A stretch of 64,000 nt of DNA from Isurus oxyrinchus (taxonomy: Eukaryota), in the NCBI GenBank assembly GCA_026770705.1, contig JANJGN010000007.1:143220001-143284000 (forward strand), in the 5' to 3' direction. Numbering within the stretch: position 1 is the first letter of the stretch; the number at the start of each line of letters is the position of its first letter. Of this stretch, positions 39,296 to 52,766 are shown piece after piece. A program made the position numbers and the translations under genes. The notes beneath the pieces were generated by a model, which searched no databases, had not been told where the DNA came from, and was given only the letters and a program-made list of their open reading frames with translations.

Positions 39296-39927
39296 GGGGT
39301 GAAATTGGTGTGTGCCAACTGCCTGAAAGGGGCTTGGTAAATCGGTAAATCAATACGTAAACTTCATTTGTGTCACTTCTGCGAACTACTGAAATCTTCT
39401 GCTGTGCATTTGCATAGCTCGATGCAAAGAACTAGCTCACATGAGTTCCCTTGATTAATATGAATATTGTGCTTGCATAGATTTATACTGAGAAACATAG
39501 GTGCAACATGGTGCAAAGTTACCTCTTAAGTTCTTAGAGAGAGCAGACAGTTATCACATTGATACCTGAAGAAAGTATAAGAAACTTACTAACTTCACAG
39601 ATGAGGAGGATTTTCAGGCCTCACACCTGCTGAAGTGAGACTGTAATGCCCCCACTCCCACTGTCACTATTGCCATCAAATTTTTCACTGGGAACTTCTT
39701 TTAGACAGAGTGCCTACCTGAGTTTGGCAGTAGGAACCTTTAATGGATATCAGATACTGTCCGCCATTTTAGGACATCACTGAATAGAGAGTGCACCGGG
39801 CATGCACATAAGAACTGGCGGTAATGATTTGCCCAATTGACTTCAAAGAAAACAGAAACGGACAAGGAGTATGACAAGAGATTGATGGCCTGCCCACATT
39901 ATCAACACCCACCACCATCTTTCACCC
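39296..39927. mobile_element. Harbinger/Tourist-type MITE (~630 bp)
   Basis: TIRs GGGTGAAA and TTTCACCC, with CTG on both flanks. Confidence 0.55.
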
Positions 39928-40393
39928 CTGCTGAAGTTAAATTTTACTCTGGTATCACTGAGGGGACAGAAGCAGTGGGATGAGAGTGATAAACCAGGAA
40001 AAAAGTATCAGATACCTCACCCGGAGCTGCTCATGGATCAAGATCATGGGCAGTTATGACACATTTGGAAGGACTATTAAGAGATCTGCTCACCTGAAAG
40101 ATTGTTACTTCATGATTTATTGCTGAATTATTAGAAATTGCAAGTGTATAAGATATTTTGGTACAGATTGATAGTGCATGTTAGGAAAAGTGGTTTGATC
40201 CACTTTCCTTAGCTGAAAACCAAAGTAACTGTCACTTCTGCTTGTTGTTATTAAAGTAAAAAGAAGACGGATTATCATTCTGATTTCTGAAAATAGAAAA
40301 CATCTCACAGATGGTCAAAATACAGCTTTATGTTTCAGTATAACTGTTTGAATGTCAAAATAAAAGCTATTTGTGATATAGAGCAAACCCATA

Positions 40394-41662
40394 GGACAGA
40401 AACATCCAATCCGGTTTGTGATGGGCATCATAGCAGGCGGGAGCAGAAAATATCGGAAGATCGCTAAAACCGGTTTTACACCGCCGTAAAACCAGTTTGC
40501 GACTGTCCCTTCCACTTGTCAAAGGAGGGCCGGATTCCCACCACCGCATGTCAGGAACCTAATTTCAATATTTTAGCATCTTATTATAAGCCCTGCTCGC
40601 TGGAATCATCTCTCTACCCTGGATCATTGGGTCATGCTGACGAGTTTCACAACTGTACATGGTGACGTACACCTTACGAGCTGCACTTCATTCAGGACTT
40701 TGAGGTTTGTTTACTTACCTTGCTTCAGACAGCGCTCATAGGCATTAGTGCCAGGCTTTGCAGACAGCACCACATCACTTTTAAAGGGGTTCACAGGCAG
40801 GTCTTTATCTGCCGGACTATCCATCAGCCGGGGGTGGCTTTTCAAAGGCTACAGGGCTAGGACTTGCTTGGGGAAGGGGGAGAAGTGGCTTTAGGCAAGG
40901 GAAAAGGCTGCGGGGTGAGGGCTGGACTGGGGAAGGAGGCTATCCAAGGGTGTGTAGGGGGGCACAAGTTGATCTGTGCAAGTGGCCTCAAGATAGTGAG
41001 GGCAGAGGAAGTAGTCTCCAGAGGAGATGAGTCCAGATGTAGATGTGAGGGTGTGTATGAGAGAATGAGTGGTGATGTCTGTTGAGCTGGCTGTGGGTGA
41101 GATGCCAGTGAATGTGTGATGGCCTTGTGAGTGTGTGAGTTTAGAGTGATGAGATGGTTGCCTTACCCTGGCAACATGGATGAGATCATTCATCCTCTTT
41201 CTGCACTGGATGGCAAACTCTTCTGTGCAGCGTTGCCACTGACCACCACTGTCACCGCATCCCAAGCCAGAGTGGTAAGATTGCTGGACCTCCTGCAGCC
41301 AGAGTGGGGGTAGAGAACATCATGGTGGGCCTCCATAAGGCATTCCAGTGATGGGTGAATGAACACTTCTTGGCTTTCAGGGCCATGTCTTCACGGGAGC
41401 TGTGCTGGGCTGCAAGCATTGAGAACTGTGTGTGCGGCTGCAGTTTAGATATGGCACCCTGAGTGAGGAAACAGTGAGATAACAGCATGGCGGGTGATTC
41501 AGAGGGTGCCCGCCAGCCAGATGGAGTGTTTCCTGTGGCTGCATAATTAATGAGGTGGGAAGCAGCTGATACAGTGCGAAAACCCACCATTGCAACTTCG
41601 AGTGAAACATAGTTTTTCACGCCCATTACCGCACATGGTGCAATTCTGGGATGATTCTGCTC
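40394..41662 (-). mobile_element. Non-autonomous Harbinger (~1.27 kb) retaining Myb/SANT exon 1
   Basis: Ends GGACAGAA and TTCTGCTC, 3-bp TSD ATA. Encodes MALKAKK...QCRKRMNDLIHVAR|gtaagg. Colinear with 186-1455. Confidence 0.82.
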
Positions 41663-44549
41663 ATAGTAACTTAAAATGAAATAAAAAACAATGGCTCACA
41701 AATTGCTGTTAAAATAACGGCGAGGCTAATGGTGCTCTCCATTATTCATGTTCACTGCTGCAGCAACTGTAGGTGAGGGCAGTCCTCTGGTTAAATGCAG
41801 ATATCAAAAAGTTGCTGTCCAAGAGGCTTATCTTTGTGAAAGTGGCATCTCGCTGCCTGCCCCATTGTTGTAATGCTTTGAGCGCCATGAAGCTGCGGTA
41901 TTTGTGCAGAAGACATGAACTAAACTCCCCACAGAAAGTTAAGGCTCCCTTTCAGGTCTAATGACCTTTTTAACAATATGATAAGTGCCAATTGCTGGCA
42001 ATCAACCACTCTGACATTGAAAATTAACTATTAAAAGTATGAAGTCTCATTCCTTCAGGCTTTAATTGTTATTGGAGATTTTAAAAATGTAAAGTTTATA
42101 ATTTAAAATTTATTTTATTTTTGTCTTTTCTCTCTCTCTGTTAATCCAATCTTAGGCTAGCTTGTTAAATAGAAAACTGCCTGGTATAGAGAACTGCCTG
42201 GAATGGCAGTTATCTGTCAATTGCATGAAAGCAGTTGTTTCAAGTGGTATAAATTTCTGTAGCAGGAAGATAAACAAGCTGGTGACTCATCAGAGGGTCC
42301 ATAAGGCTTTTCAAACTGCATGGTCAGTGCGGGGCGTGCGAGGAGACAGGTGACTTTGCCAGAGTGAGATGGGGATCAAGTGAGTAGCAAATTAGGCTCA
42401 CGTGGGAGTTCGGGGGAAAGAGGTGTGGTATTCATAGCAATTATTCTAAGTCAGGAACAGGAACAACTGGGAAGAATCAGACCTGGGTGCAAACCTCAAC
42501 CTTGGAGCTGAATTTGAGAAAAAAATCGAACAGTGACAACACAGGGAAACTGTAAGTTCACTGGTTGGTAAGGATCTGTTGTAAATTAGAAAAGCGTGTT
42601 ATTTTTAAAGAAGTAACTATTTGGATTTGAGTAAGAAACACTAGGAATAAGGGGAAGTCAGGGCCAGTAACATAAAGTAATATATGTAAACCAAAGCAAA
42701 ATTAAGCTAACATAAGGGAAGTAAAGTTAAGACATGACATGGCAGCTCAGTTGTGTGGCATGCATGCCTTGTAATATGTGGGAAGTCATGGAAAGCACTG
42801 GCAACTTAGACATCCACAATAACAGCAAGTGCTGCCAGCTGCAGAAACTTGAACTTAGGGTTTCTGGGCTCAAGCAGCAGCTGGAATCAATGCGTCACAT
42901 CCATGAGGTTGAGAACTATGTGGGTAGTGCATTCAGGGATGTGGTCACACCACAGGTTAGGGCAGAAAGGAAATGTGTGACTGCCAGGCAGCCCAAGAGA
43001 AGCAGGCAGGTGGTGCAGGAGTCCACTGGGGTCCCATTTGCTAATCGGTTTTCCATTTTGGATACTGGTATGGGCATTAGTTGCTCAGAGAAGTGCAGTC
43101 TGAACTAAGTTTGTGGCATCACGAGCGGCTCAGCTGTACAGGAGGGGAGAAAGAAGAAAGGAAGAGCAATAGTGATAGGGGATTCATTAATTAGGGGAAC
43201 AGACAGGTGTTTCTGCAGCCTTAGGTGTGACTCCAGAATGGTTTGTTGCCTCCCTGGTGGCAGGGTCAAGAATGTCACCAAGCGGCAGCAGGACACTCTT
43301 CTGGGGGAGGCAGAACAGCCAGAGGTCGTGGTCCACATTGGTACAAGTGACTGAGGTAGGAAGGGGGATGTGGTCCTGCAGACAGAATTTAGGGAGCTGG
43401 ATAGAACATTAATAAGCAACACCTCAAAAGTAGTCATCTCCAGGTTACTCCCAGTGCCACATGCCAGTGAGTACAGAAATAGGAGGGTAAGGCAGATGCA
43501 TGCATGGCTGGAAAAATGATGCAGGAAGAAGAAGGGCTTTGGATTCCTGGGACACTGGGACTAACTCTGGGGGAGATGGCACCTGTACATGCTGGACGGG
43601 TTGCACCTGAACAGAGCTGGGACTGGATTCCTTGCAGGACATTTTGCTAGTGCTGTTGAGGAGCGCTTTAAACTAACTTGGGGTGTGGGAACCAGGAGAG
43701 AATACTAGAGAGTAACACCAAGATGCATAAAATACTGGGAGAGATAGCACTGGAATAGAGAATAGTAACTTAATTAGCGGAGTTGGAGTAAGGAAGAAAG
43801 TAATGAAATCTAAATCAGGGTTACTGTGAATGTATGTGAATGCACAGAGTCTAGTAAATAAGATCGGGTGCAGATTGCCATGTGGAATTATGATGTTGTG
43901 ACCATAACAGAGACCTGACCCAAGGAAGGGCAGAACTGGGTGTTAAATATTTTTGGGTACAAGGTGTTCAGGAAAGAGAGGGCAGGAAGGAAAGGAGGTG
44001 GGGTGGCGGTATTGATTAAGGAGAGCATTGCAATGCTGGAGAAAGAGGATGTCCCAGAGAGTTCAAGGACAGAGTCAATGTGGCTAGAGCTAAGGAACAA
44101 AAAGGGTGCAATTATATTGCTCGGTGTAGTCTATATTCTAGCAACTAGTGGGAAGGATATAGAGGAACAAATCTACAGGGAAATTATGGAGAGTGTAGGG
44201 ATGGGACTGAGAGTCCCTTTCGGAGTCTCACTTTGGTTCAGAGCTGTACTCAGGATGTAACAGGAATAAGTGACTTTGACAAGTAATGTGTTAATGCAGC
44301 AATTTAATTGAATACTAATAATAATAATGACTATTGAAATTGATAATATGTTAATATATAAAAAAGAAAAATAAGTAAAAAGAAAGATAACTTTATTGAA
44401 AGGAGAAAGCACTTTATATATACATATATCAGATGAAAAGAAGACAGAATTTTCTAAACCACAAAGAATAACCCCAATTTAGTCTGTTCCATGACAGCTC
44501 CCTAAATTGGTACATATGTTACCATCTCCTCGATACATACATCACCAAG

Positions 44550-45490
44550 TCACTGAGTAATGCACAGGTGGGCACTACAGTCAATCCCTCCATTCCTGGC
44601 CCTTCCTCCAGTCTTCAGTGGTGACTATTCCACTATGGCTGCAGCAGCGGGTGAGCGCAGCAATGTCCCTTTAAACAAAATTTCTGGCTCCATTCCAGCC
44701 TCTGAGGCCTGGTACAGCCCTTTCCCAAAACACGTTTCAGTTCTTGTCAATTCTTCTCACAGGCACTGCAAGGCCATACAGACTTCACAATATCCAATTT
44801 GCTTTTGCATTCAGTGCAGTCATTACACTCAGATTTGGTGGCACTGGGGGGGCAGTAGGGGGGAAAGCCGACTTGCGGGTTAAGTGACCAATGTCAACAT
44901 TGTCCTTACCCTTCCAGAGCACAACAAGTCGTTGAAGCGCTTGCGACACTGGACCCAGGTGTGTTGCACCACGTCACGGGAGCTCACCACCTCCGCCACC
45001 TCCTCCCAGGCACGTTTCGTCATGTGGGGGGGCCTCCTCCTCCCGTCCTGGGGAACCAACACCTCCCCCTGTGCTGCCACCTCCTTGAGGAGGGCAGCAA
45101 GGCAGTCATCAGAAAAACGAGGGGCACAGTGGCTCCCCGCTCTACCCTCCGTCTTGGCCTACTCTGATGGCCTACCCTCGGCCTGGCCTGCTCTGACGGC
45201 CTACCTTCCGGACTTGAGTCAACTCCATTGCCCCTCTGCAGAGCTCTTCACCCAGCCATTGTGAGCAGCCATTACAAGGCTGCCAGGCCTTCCTTTATAA
45301 AGGCTGCCTTGTTGCCATTGGATCCAGTGGGCTGGGCGCGCCCGCTGCTGCCCACCCATTCCTGCTACGCATGGGAGTCGTGAAGTATGCTGGGTGGGCC
45401 TTAATTAGCCCGCCCGTGTAAAATGGCAGCACGAACCCGATCGCTGCCGCACCCGCTTCTGTTCCCCCCATCATCCAGTTTAAATGCCAG
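44550..45490 (-). mobile_element. Harbinger fragment of another family with Myb/SANT exon 1
   Basis: PRFSDD...AWEEVAEVVSSRDVVQHTWVQCRKRFNDLL followed by a GTAAGG donor. TTTATAAA lies upstream (~45295). Confidence 0.8.
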
Positions 45491-45518
45491 CTGTGCATGG
45501 CCAGTATGAAGAAAACAA

Positions 45519-46800
45519 GGGCCAGGATTTTCCGTGCCTGCTGGCATCGAGCGTATTCAGTGGTGTGAGTGGAAAATATGGTGTGGTCGGTTTCATGACA
45601 GCGTGGAACCAGTTTGCGGTCATTTGCTTAGTCCGGCAATGGCAAGCTGTGTTTCTCACCATCAGATGTTGGTAACCTCATCATAATACATCAGCATATC
45701 ATTATAAGGCTAGTCGGTCAGACTTATTCCCGAACACCCCCACCCCCACTGGATCGTATGCCCACTTCAGAGGGAAAATACGCCTACATGTTTTACATAA
45801 GCGACATACACCTGGTGGGTTGCACTTCACTTGGGACTTCAAGCTTTGTTTGCCTACCTTGCTTCGGTCAGCACTCGCAGTCACCAGTGCCAGGCTTCAC
45901 AGACAGCATCACATCACTTTTTGGGAGGGGCTCATGGGCAGGTCATCTGGTCACCTACCAGATCAGCCATATGTGGGTGGCTTTTCAATTGCTGCAGGGC
46001 TAGGTCTTGCTTAGGGAAGGGGGAGAAGTGCCCTCAGGCAAGGGAAGAGGCTGCAGGGCGAGAACTTTACTGGGGAAGGAGGATATCCCAGGGTGTGTGT
46101 GGAGGCACATGTTGATCTGCGCAAGTGGCCTCAAGATGGTGAGGACTGAGGAGGCAGTCTCCAGAGGAGAAGAGGCCAGATGGACATGTGAAGATATGTG
46201 TGTGAGAATGGGTGGCAATGTCCCTTAAGCTGGCACTGAGTGAGTTGCCAGCAAATGTGTGATGGGCTTGCGTGTTTAAGTTTAGAGTGATGAGATGGTT
46301 GCCATACCCTGGCTACACGGATGAGATCATTCATCCTCTATTTGCACTGGCTGGCCAACCTCTTCTCTGCAGTATTGGCACTGGCCACCACTGCCACTGT
46401 CCGCCATGCTAGATAGGTGATGCCACTGCCCATCCTGCAGCCAGAGCGGGAGTAGAGGAAATCATGCTGGGCCTCCATGGTGTCTAAATGGCATTTCAGT
46501 GATGCATCATTAACCCTAGGGCAGCAGTCTTTTTGCCTTTCGTGGACATCTTCCCGGCAGTAGTCGTGAGCTGGAAGCACAGAGATGTGCGTGTGTGGCT
46601 GGACTTTAAATATGGTGCCCGGCATGATGAAGCAACGAGGTGATGGCGTGGTGGGAGAAAGATATCCCACCCACCATGGAAATGGCATGTTTCCCAGGAA
46701 TGCATAAGTAATGCGGTGGGTTTGGAACCATATGGCACGAAAACCTATTGTTTTACCTGCCCACTGCCACACTTAGTACAAATCTAGGACAATTCCACCC
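45519..46800 (-). mobile_element. Non-autonomous Harbinger (~1.28 kb) retaining Myb/SANT exon 1
   Basis: Ends GGGCCAGGATTTT and AATTCCACCC. Encodes AVVASANTAEKRLASQCK*RMNDLIRVAR. Colinear with the other two copies. Confidence 0.82.
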
Positions 46801-47313
46801 AAAGTCCAGGAAAACAGGTCACTACTGATTATTATTACTAATTATTAATTAATCAAAGCACAATCATAGCTGGGTTAATGTCAATATAAGATTTAATTCA
46901 AAATAGCTTTAAATATTCACTGTAGTCTTAAATTCAAGAAGAGTAAAGCTGAAATAAAATGTAAAAATACAAAATTGCCAAAGTTAGTGGCTTCAGGCCT
47001 GGAGGCCTCAGGCCTACAAGAGGTGCTAACATTATAGAGTAGTTATAATGAGGGACTTTAATTACCCCAATATAGACTGGGACAGTGGTAGCGTAAAGGG
47101 TGGAGAGGAGCAAGAGTTCCTAGAAAGTATTTCGGAGAATTTTCTGAAGCAGTATGTGTCCAGCCCAACAAAAAAGGAGGCACTGCTAGACCTGGTTCTT
47201 GGAAATGAAGTGGGCCAAGTAGATCAAGTGTCAGTGGGGGAACATTTAGGTGACAGCGATCATTTTATCATAAGGTTTAGGATGACAGTAGAAAAGGACA
47301 ATGGGCAATCCAA

Positions 47314-47431
47314 TGAACTGCAGCGGTTCAAGAAGGCAGCTCACCATCACCTTCTCAAGGGCAACTAGGGATGGGCAATAAATGTTGGCCTAGCCAGCGA
47401 AGCTCACATCTCATGAATGAATTAAAAAAAA
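47314..47431 (+). mobile_element. 3' tail of the RTEX/Zenon-like LINE family, inserted in CR1
   Basis: ACTGCAGCGGTTCAAGAAGG matches 58190-58207, and CAAGGGCAACTAGGGATGGGCAATAAATG matches the SINE tail. A-rich end. Possible short TSD CCAA. Confidence 0.75.
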
Positions 47432-47840
47432 CCCAAAGTAAGAATAATTAACTGGGGGAGAGCCAACTGCAATGGGGCAAGAATGGAGCTGGGCCAGATA
47501 GACTGGACCCAACGGTTGGTGGGAAAATCTGTAGCTGAACAATGGGCTACCTTCAAAGAAGAAATAGTTTGGGCATAGTCAAGATATACTCCCTCAAAAG
47601 GGAAAGGTAGGGCAAACAAATCCAGGGCTACCTGATGAGAAAGGAGATAGAAATTAAGATAAAGAAGAAAAAGTGCGCTTATGGCAGGTATCAGGTAGAA
47701 AATACATTGAGAACCAAGCTGAATACAAAAGGTGCAGAGGAGAGGAAAGGAAGCAAATAAGAGAAGCAAAGTGTGATTATGGGAAAAGACTGCCAGCTAA
47801 CATAAAGGGGAATCCCAAAGGCTTTTAAAGGCATGTAAGT

Positions 47841-49576
47841 GAGTCTGGAGAATTGATAATGGAAAACAAGGAGATGGCAGATGAACTGAACAGGTATTAC
47901 GCATCAGTTTTCACTATAGAGGATGCAAGCAGCTATAAACCAGGGAGTGATGGAGGAAGTCAGGAAAATTACAGTTATCAGAGAAGTGTTACTGAGTAAA
48001 TTGTTGGAGCTGTGGGCTGACAAGGGCCCAGGTCCTGATGGGCTTCACCTGGGTTTTAAAATAAGTGCCCAGTGAGATAGATGATGCGTTGGTTTTAATT
48101 TTCCAAAACTCCCGAGTTCGGGGAAGGTCCCATTAGATTGGAAGATTATTCAAAAAGGGAGGGAGACAAGAAGTGGGAAACTACAGGCTAGTTAGCATAA
48201 CATTTGTTGTAGGGAAAATGTTAGAAGCTATCATTAAAGAAGCTATAGCAGGGCACTTAGATAAGTTCAAGGTAAACAGGCAGAGTCAACATGGTTTTGT
48301 GGAAGGAAAATCGTGTTTAACCAACTTATTGGAGTTCTTTGAGGAAATAACATGTGCTGTGGATAAAGGGGAATCGGTGGATGTATTGTACTTAGATTTT
48401 CAGAAGGCATTTAATAAAGTGCCATATCAAATGTTATTGTGGAAAATAAAAACTCATTTTATAGGGGGTAAAGCATTGACTTGGATAGAAGATTGGCTGG
48501 CGAACAGGAAGCAGAGAGTAGGCATAAATGGGCCTTTTTCAGGTTGGTAAGATGTAATACGCAGTGCGCCACAGGGTTCAGTGGTGGGAACTCAACTGTT
48601 TACAACTTATATAGTGATTTGGATGAAGGGATTGAAGGGATGGTTGCCAAATTTGCTGATGACACAAAGATAGGTAAGAAAGTAAGTTGTGAAGAGGACA
48701 CAAGGAGGCTATAAACAGATATCGATAGGTTAAGAGTGGGCAAAGATCTGGCAGGGAGAGTTTAATGTGGGAAAATGTGAAATTGTCTATTTTGGCAGGA
48801 AGAATAAAAAAGAGGCATATTATCTAAATGATGAGAGATTGCAGGACTCTGAAGTGCAGTGGGATCTGGGTGTCCTAGATCAGGAATCACAAAAGACTAG
48901 CAAGTACATCAAGTATTTTGGAAAGCTAATAGAATGTTATAATTTATTATGAGGGGAATTGAATAAAAAAGTAGGGAGGTTATGCTTCAGTTGTACAGGG
49001 CATTGATGAGACCACATTTGGAGTACTGTGTACAGTATTGGTGACCTTATTTAAGGAAGGATATAAATGTGCTGGAAGCAGTTCGGAGAAGGTTTACCAG
49101 ACTAATACCAGCAATAGGTGGGTTGTCTTATAAGGAAAGGTTGGACAGGCTAGACTTGTATCTGCTGGAGTTTAGAAGATAAAGAAGTGACTTGGTTGAA
49201 ACATATAAGGTCCTGAGGGGACTTGATAGGTGGATGTGGATAGGATGTTTCCTCTTGTGAGATGGTCTAGAACTAGGGGCCACTGTTTAAAAATAAGGGG
49301 TTGCCCATTTAAAACAGAGATGAGGAGAAATGTTTTCACTCCGAGGGTCCTGAGTGTTTGGAACTCTCCTCCTGAAAAGTTGGTGAAAATAGGGTCTTTG
49401 AGTACTTTTAAAGCACTTTTAAAGTGGTAGATTATTGGTAAGCAAGAGGGTGATAGATTATCAGCAATAGGTGGAATGCAGATTTCAGGTTAGTGTCAGA
49501 TCAGCCATGATCTTATTAAACGGCGGAGCAGGCTTGAGGGGCTGAATGACCTACTCCTCCTTATTTGTATGTTCGT
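47841..49576 (+). mobile_element. 5'-truncated CR1 (second family) nested in CR1
   Basis: Second RT (LDFQKAF, KFADDTK) with its own 3' tail (tatgttcg). TSD ATGTAA(G/A)T at 47833-47840 and 49577-49584. Confidence 0.9.
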
Positions 49577-52378
49577 ATGTAAATAGTAAAAGGGTGGTAA
49601 AAGGAGGAGTCGGGCCAATTAAGGACCAAAAAAGGGATTTACACAGGGAGGCAAGGGGCATGGCCGAGGAGTTAAATGAATACCTTGCATCTGTCTTTAC
49701 CAAGGAAGCAGATGCTACCCAGGCTATGGTGACAAGAGGAGGAAACTCTGTCACTAGAAGGGTTCAAAAATGATAAACTGCTGGTACTTAAAATTGATAA
49801 GGCACTGGAACCAGATGAGATGCATCCAAGGATATTGAAGAAAGTGAAAATGGAAATTGCAAGGACACTGGCCATAACCTTTCATTCTTCCCTAGACTCA
49901 GGGGAGGTGCCGGAGGACTGGAGAATTGCAAACGTTACATGCCTGTTCAAAAAAGGTTATAAGGATAAGCCCAGCAATTACAGACCAGTCAGTTTAACAT
50001 TGGTGGTGGGGAAATGTCTAGAAACAATTATTCTGGATAGATTTAATAGTCACATGGAAAAATGTGGGTTGACTGGGAAGAGGCAGTATGGATTCTTAAG
50101 GGAAAATTATGCTTAACTAACTTGCTGGAGTTTTTTGAAGAGGTAACAAAGAGGGTTGATGAGGGTAATGCTGTTGATATGGTGTACATGGACTTCCAAA
50201 AGGCATTCAAAGAGTGACGCACAACAGAGTTGGGAGAAAAGTTATTGTTCATGGAATAAAAGAGACAGTAGCGACGTGGATACAAAATTGGCTGAGAAAT
50301 AGGAAACAGTGAGTAATGCTTAATGGATATTTTTCGGGCTGGAGGAAGTTTTGTAAAGGAGTTCCCCAGGGGTTGGTATTGGGAGCCTTACTTTTCCTGA
50401 TATATATTAATGATCTAGATCTTGGTGTGCAGGGAACAATTTAAAAAATTGTAAATTGATACAAAACTTGGAAGCATTGTGAATTGTGAGGACGACAGCG
50501 TAAAACTTCAAAGGGACATAGACAGGTTAGTGGTGTGGGCAGATAGGTGGCAGATGAAATTCAATGCAGAGAAGTGTAAGTGATTCATTTTAGTAGGAAG
50601 AACATGGAGAGACAATAGAAAAAGGGGTACAACTCTAAAGAGTGTGCAGGAACAGAGGGACTTGGGTGTATATGTGCATCGATCATGAAAGGTAGCAGGA
50701 CAGGTGGCTAGAGTAGTTAATAAAGCATACAGTATCCTAGGCTTTGTTAATAGGGGCGTAGAGTACAAGAGCAAGGAGGTTACGCTGAACTTGTATAGGA
50801 CACTAGTTAGACCTCAGCTGGAGTATTGTGTACAGTCCTGAGTGCCACACTTTAGGAAGGATGATTACGTATTGGAGAGAGTGCAGAAGAAGTTTGTGGG
50901 AATGGTTCCAGGGATGAGAAACTTCAGTTATGAAGATAGAATGGAGAGGTTGGGGATGATCTCCTTGGGATGTGAAGGCTAAAAGGAGATTTTATAGAGG
51001 TGTTCAAAATCATGAGGGGGCTGGACGGAATAGATAGGGACAAACTGTTCCCACTTGTAAAAGGATCGAGAATTGGAGGGAATAGATTTAAAGTGATTTG
51101 CGAAAGAACAAATGTGATGTGAGATAAGACTTTTTCACACAGCGAGTGGTTCGGGTCTGGAATGCACTGCCTGCAAGTGTGGTGGAGGCAGGTTCAATCG
51201 AGGCATTCCAGGGGGTATTAGATAATTATTTAAATAGAAAGAATGTGCAGGGTTACGGGGAATAGGCAGGAGAATGGCAATAAGTCACAATGCTCATTTG
51301 GAGAGCCAGTGCAGATACGATGGGCTGAATGGTCTTCTTCTGCACCGTAACAGTTCTGAGATTCTATGGATTCTTTTAATTTTTCTTTCTGTTCCTGAGC
51401 TGACATTGAATTTACCATTCTAAATTACACTTCCCATTCAGACCTTGCACTGGTCATTTCCCAATCCTTCAATCTGATTGGTTGCTTGCTCTGTTCGCTC
51501 AGGTTATTAGCTCGCACTTTAAAAAGCAGAATTGGGAAAGGGCAAGTCCAAATAACAGTAGATGTCATTAGAAGCCCTGCTACAGCAAATTATGGGTCAA
51601 CGTGCAACAGTGAGAAACATCAAGTGATTCTGAGCTGAATTGCTGAACTTTAAACTTAATTTCTGGAAACTGATGTCTGATATGTGAGTTGCTTAACAGC
51701 AATGTAATTTGCACCATTAAAACTGCTTATTTACCTTACATGTTGAAAAATTTAAAGTGCCAAAAGGGAAATTGCTACAATTTTCATAAATATATGTTGA
51801 ATAAACAAGATAGTATTTATTATTTTTTCACTATTTTAAGGCCACAGGACAGATGCCAACTTGTGTGAACCCTGAGTGGGAAAGAGAACGATACAAATGC
51901 AATTTTCTAAATGTTTGGCTGAAAGTCAAGAAATCATATTTCTTAATAATTATAAGTCTTGGTTTAATATTTAAATATTCACTTCATTATGACTAAATTA
52001 TTTTTCAAAAGCTTTCAATTTTGAGCCATTTTATCACAAGCACTTCACATAGTTTCGGGACAAGTCAATGGAATTAGAAAATTGAACGGTTCAAAATATA
52101 TTCCCTTCATTGTTTAGCGGGGAGGTTGTGCTGTCTCCCCAACTCGTGCCAGGCCCCATGGTTGCTGTGACGGCTGATGGCTGGGTCCCAGCCAATAAGT
52201 TGAGGTGGCAGCAGAGAGTGCTGGGCTCCCTCGGGTTCCTTTGGGGGTGAGGGCTAGGGTTAGGGTGGGCTCAAAAAGGCAGGCTAGAGTGGCAGGCGTG
52301 CAGGCTGAAGCATGGGCTGGAGGTGAAGGAGACTCAGGGAGCGGCCGAAAAGACATGAAGCGATGTTGTTCCTGACAG

Positions 52379-52766
52379 GCTTGTGGTAAAATGAGGAAAT
52401 ATTCCGGCAAGGCAAAGACGAAAAGTGGCTCCCCGCTCAAAATGAGCTATGCCGCAGTCCCCGGTCAGTCTGATCCACCAGCACCTGTAATCCAGGACCG
52501 CCAGCCATGGGCAGGTGGGCACAAAGATTGCAGTTTTACACCGGCGGCAGCTTTACAGCACAACCATTTTTGAGGATCTGATTGTGAGGTACTGGAACTT
52601 GAGGGAAATGCATCCAAAGATTTGAAGGTAAAGCGCATTAACCCCTTGTGCTTGCAACTTGAAAAGTTGGATTCCTTAATCAAAGCAGCCATTGCTGGTG
52701 GAGGTGTCATTCCTCACATTCACAAATCCTTGACTGGCAAAAAAGAGACAACAGAAGGCTGTTTAA
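52379..52766 (+). pseudogene. H2AZ1: Histone H2A.Z.1 retro-pseudogene
   Basis: [56 protein letters not shown]...QKAV*. T14, S38 and terminal V are Z.1-type residues. No internal introns; contains frameshifts and a stop. 3' UTR with AATAAA at ~52952. Confidence 0.92.

Larger units (their letters stand above)
44194..47018. mobile_element. TGTAGG...CCTACA-bounded insertion with a 4-bp TSD (probable solo LTR) containing Harbinger pieces
   Basis: AGAG at 44190-44193 and 47019-47022. Removing the insert restores the CR1 reading EIMERC*HYRVVIMRDFNYP. Confidence 0.75.
42153..51372 (+). mobile_element. Essentially full-length CR1 LINE in four pieces (42153-44193, 47019-47313, 47432-47840, 49577-51372)
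   Basis: ORF1 Cys motif plus SGNH esterase (VIGDSLIRG, VCCLPG, VVHIGT, DGLHL). ORF2 APE endonuclease and RT. GATTCT tail. The pieces join at TSDs. Confidence 0.9.
41693..51598. mobile_element. MITE split by a full-length CR1 (halves 41693-42152 and 51373-51598)
   Basis: GGCTCACAAATTGCTGT matches the reverse complement of ACAGCAAATTATGGGTC at 13 of 17 positions. Flanks AAT and AAC. Confidence 0.5.

Noticed and set aside
52379-52766. Functional histone H2A.Z gene
   Set aside because: No start codon, an in-frame stop, frameshifts and deletion of the AIRGDE segment.
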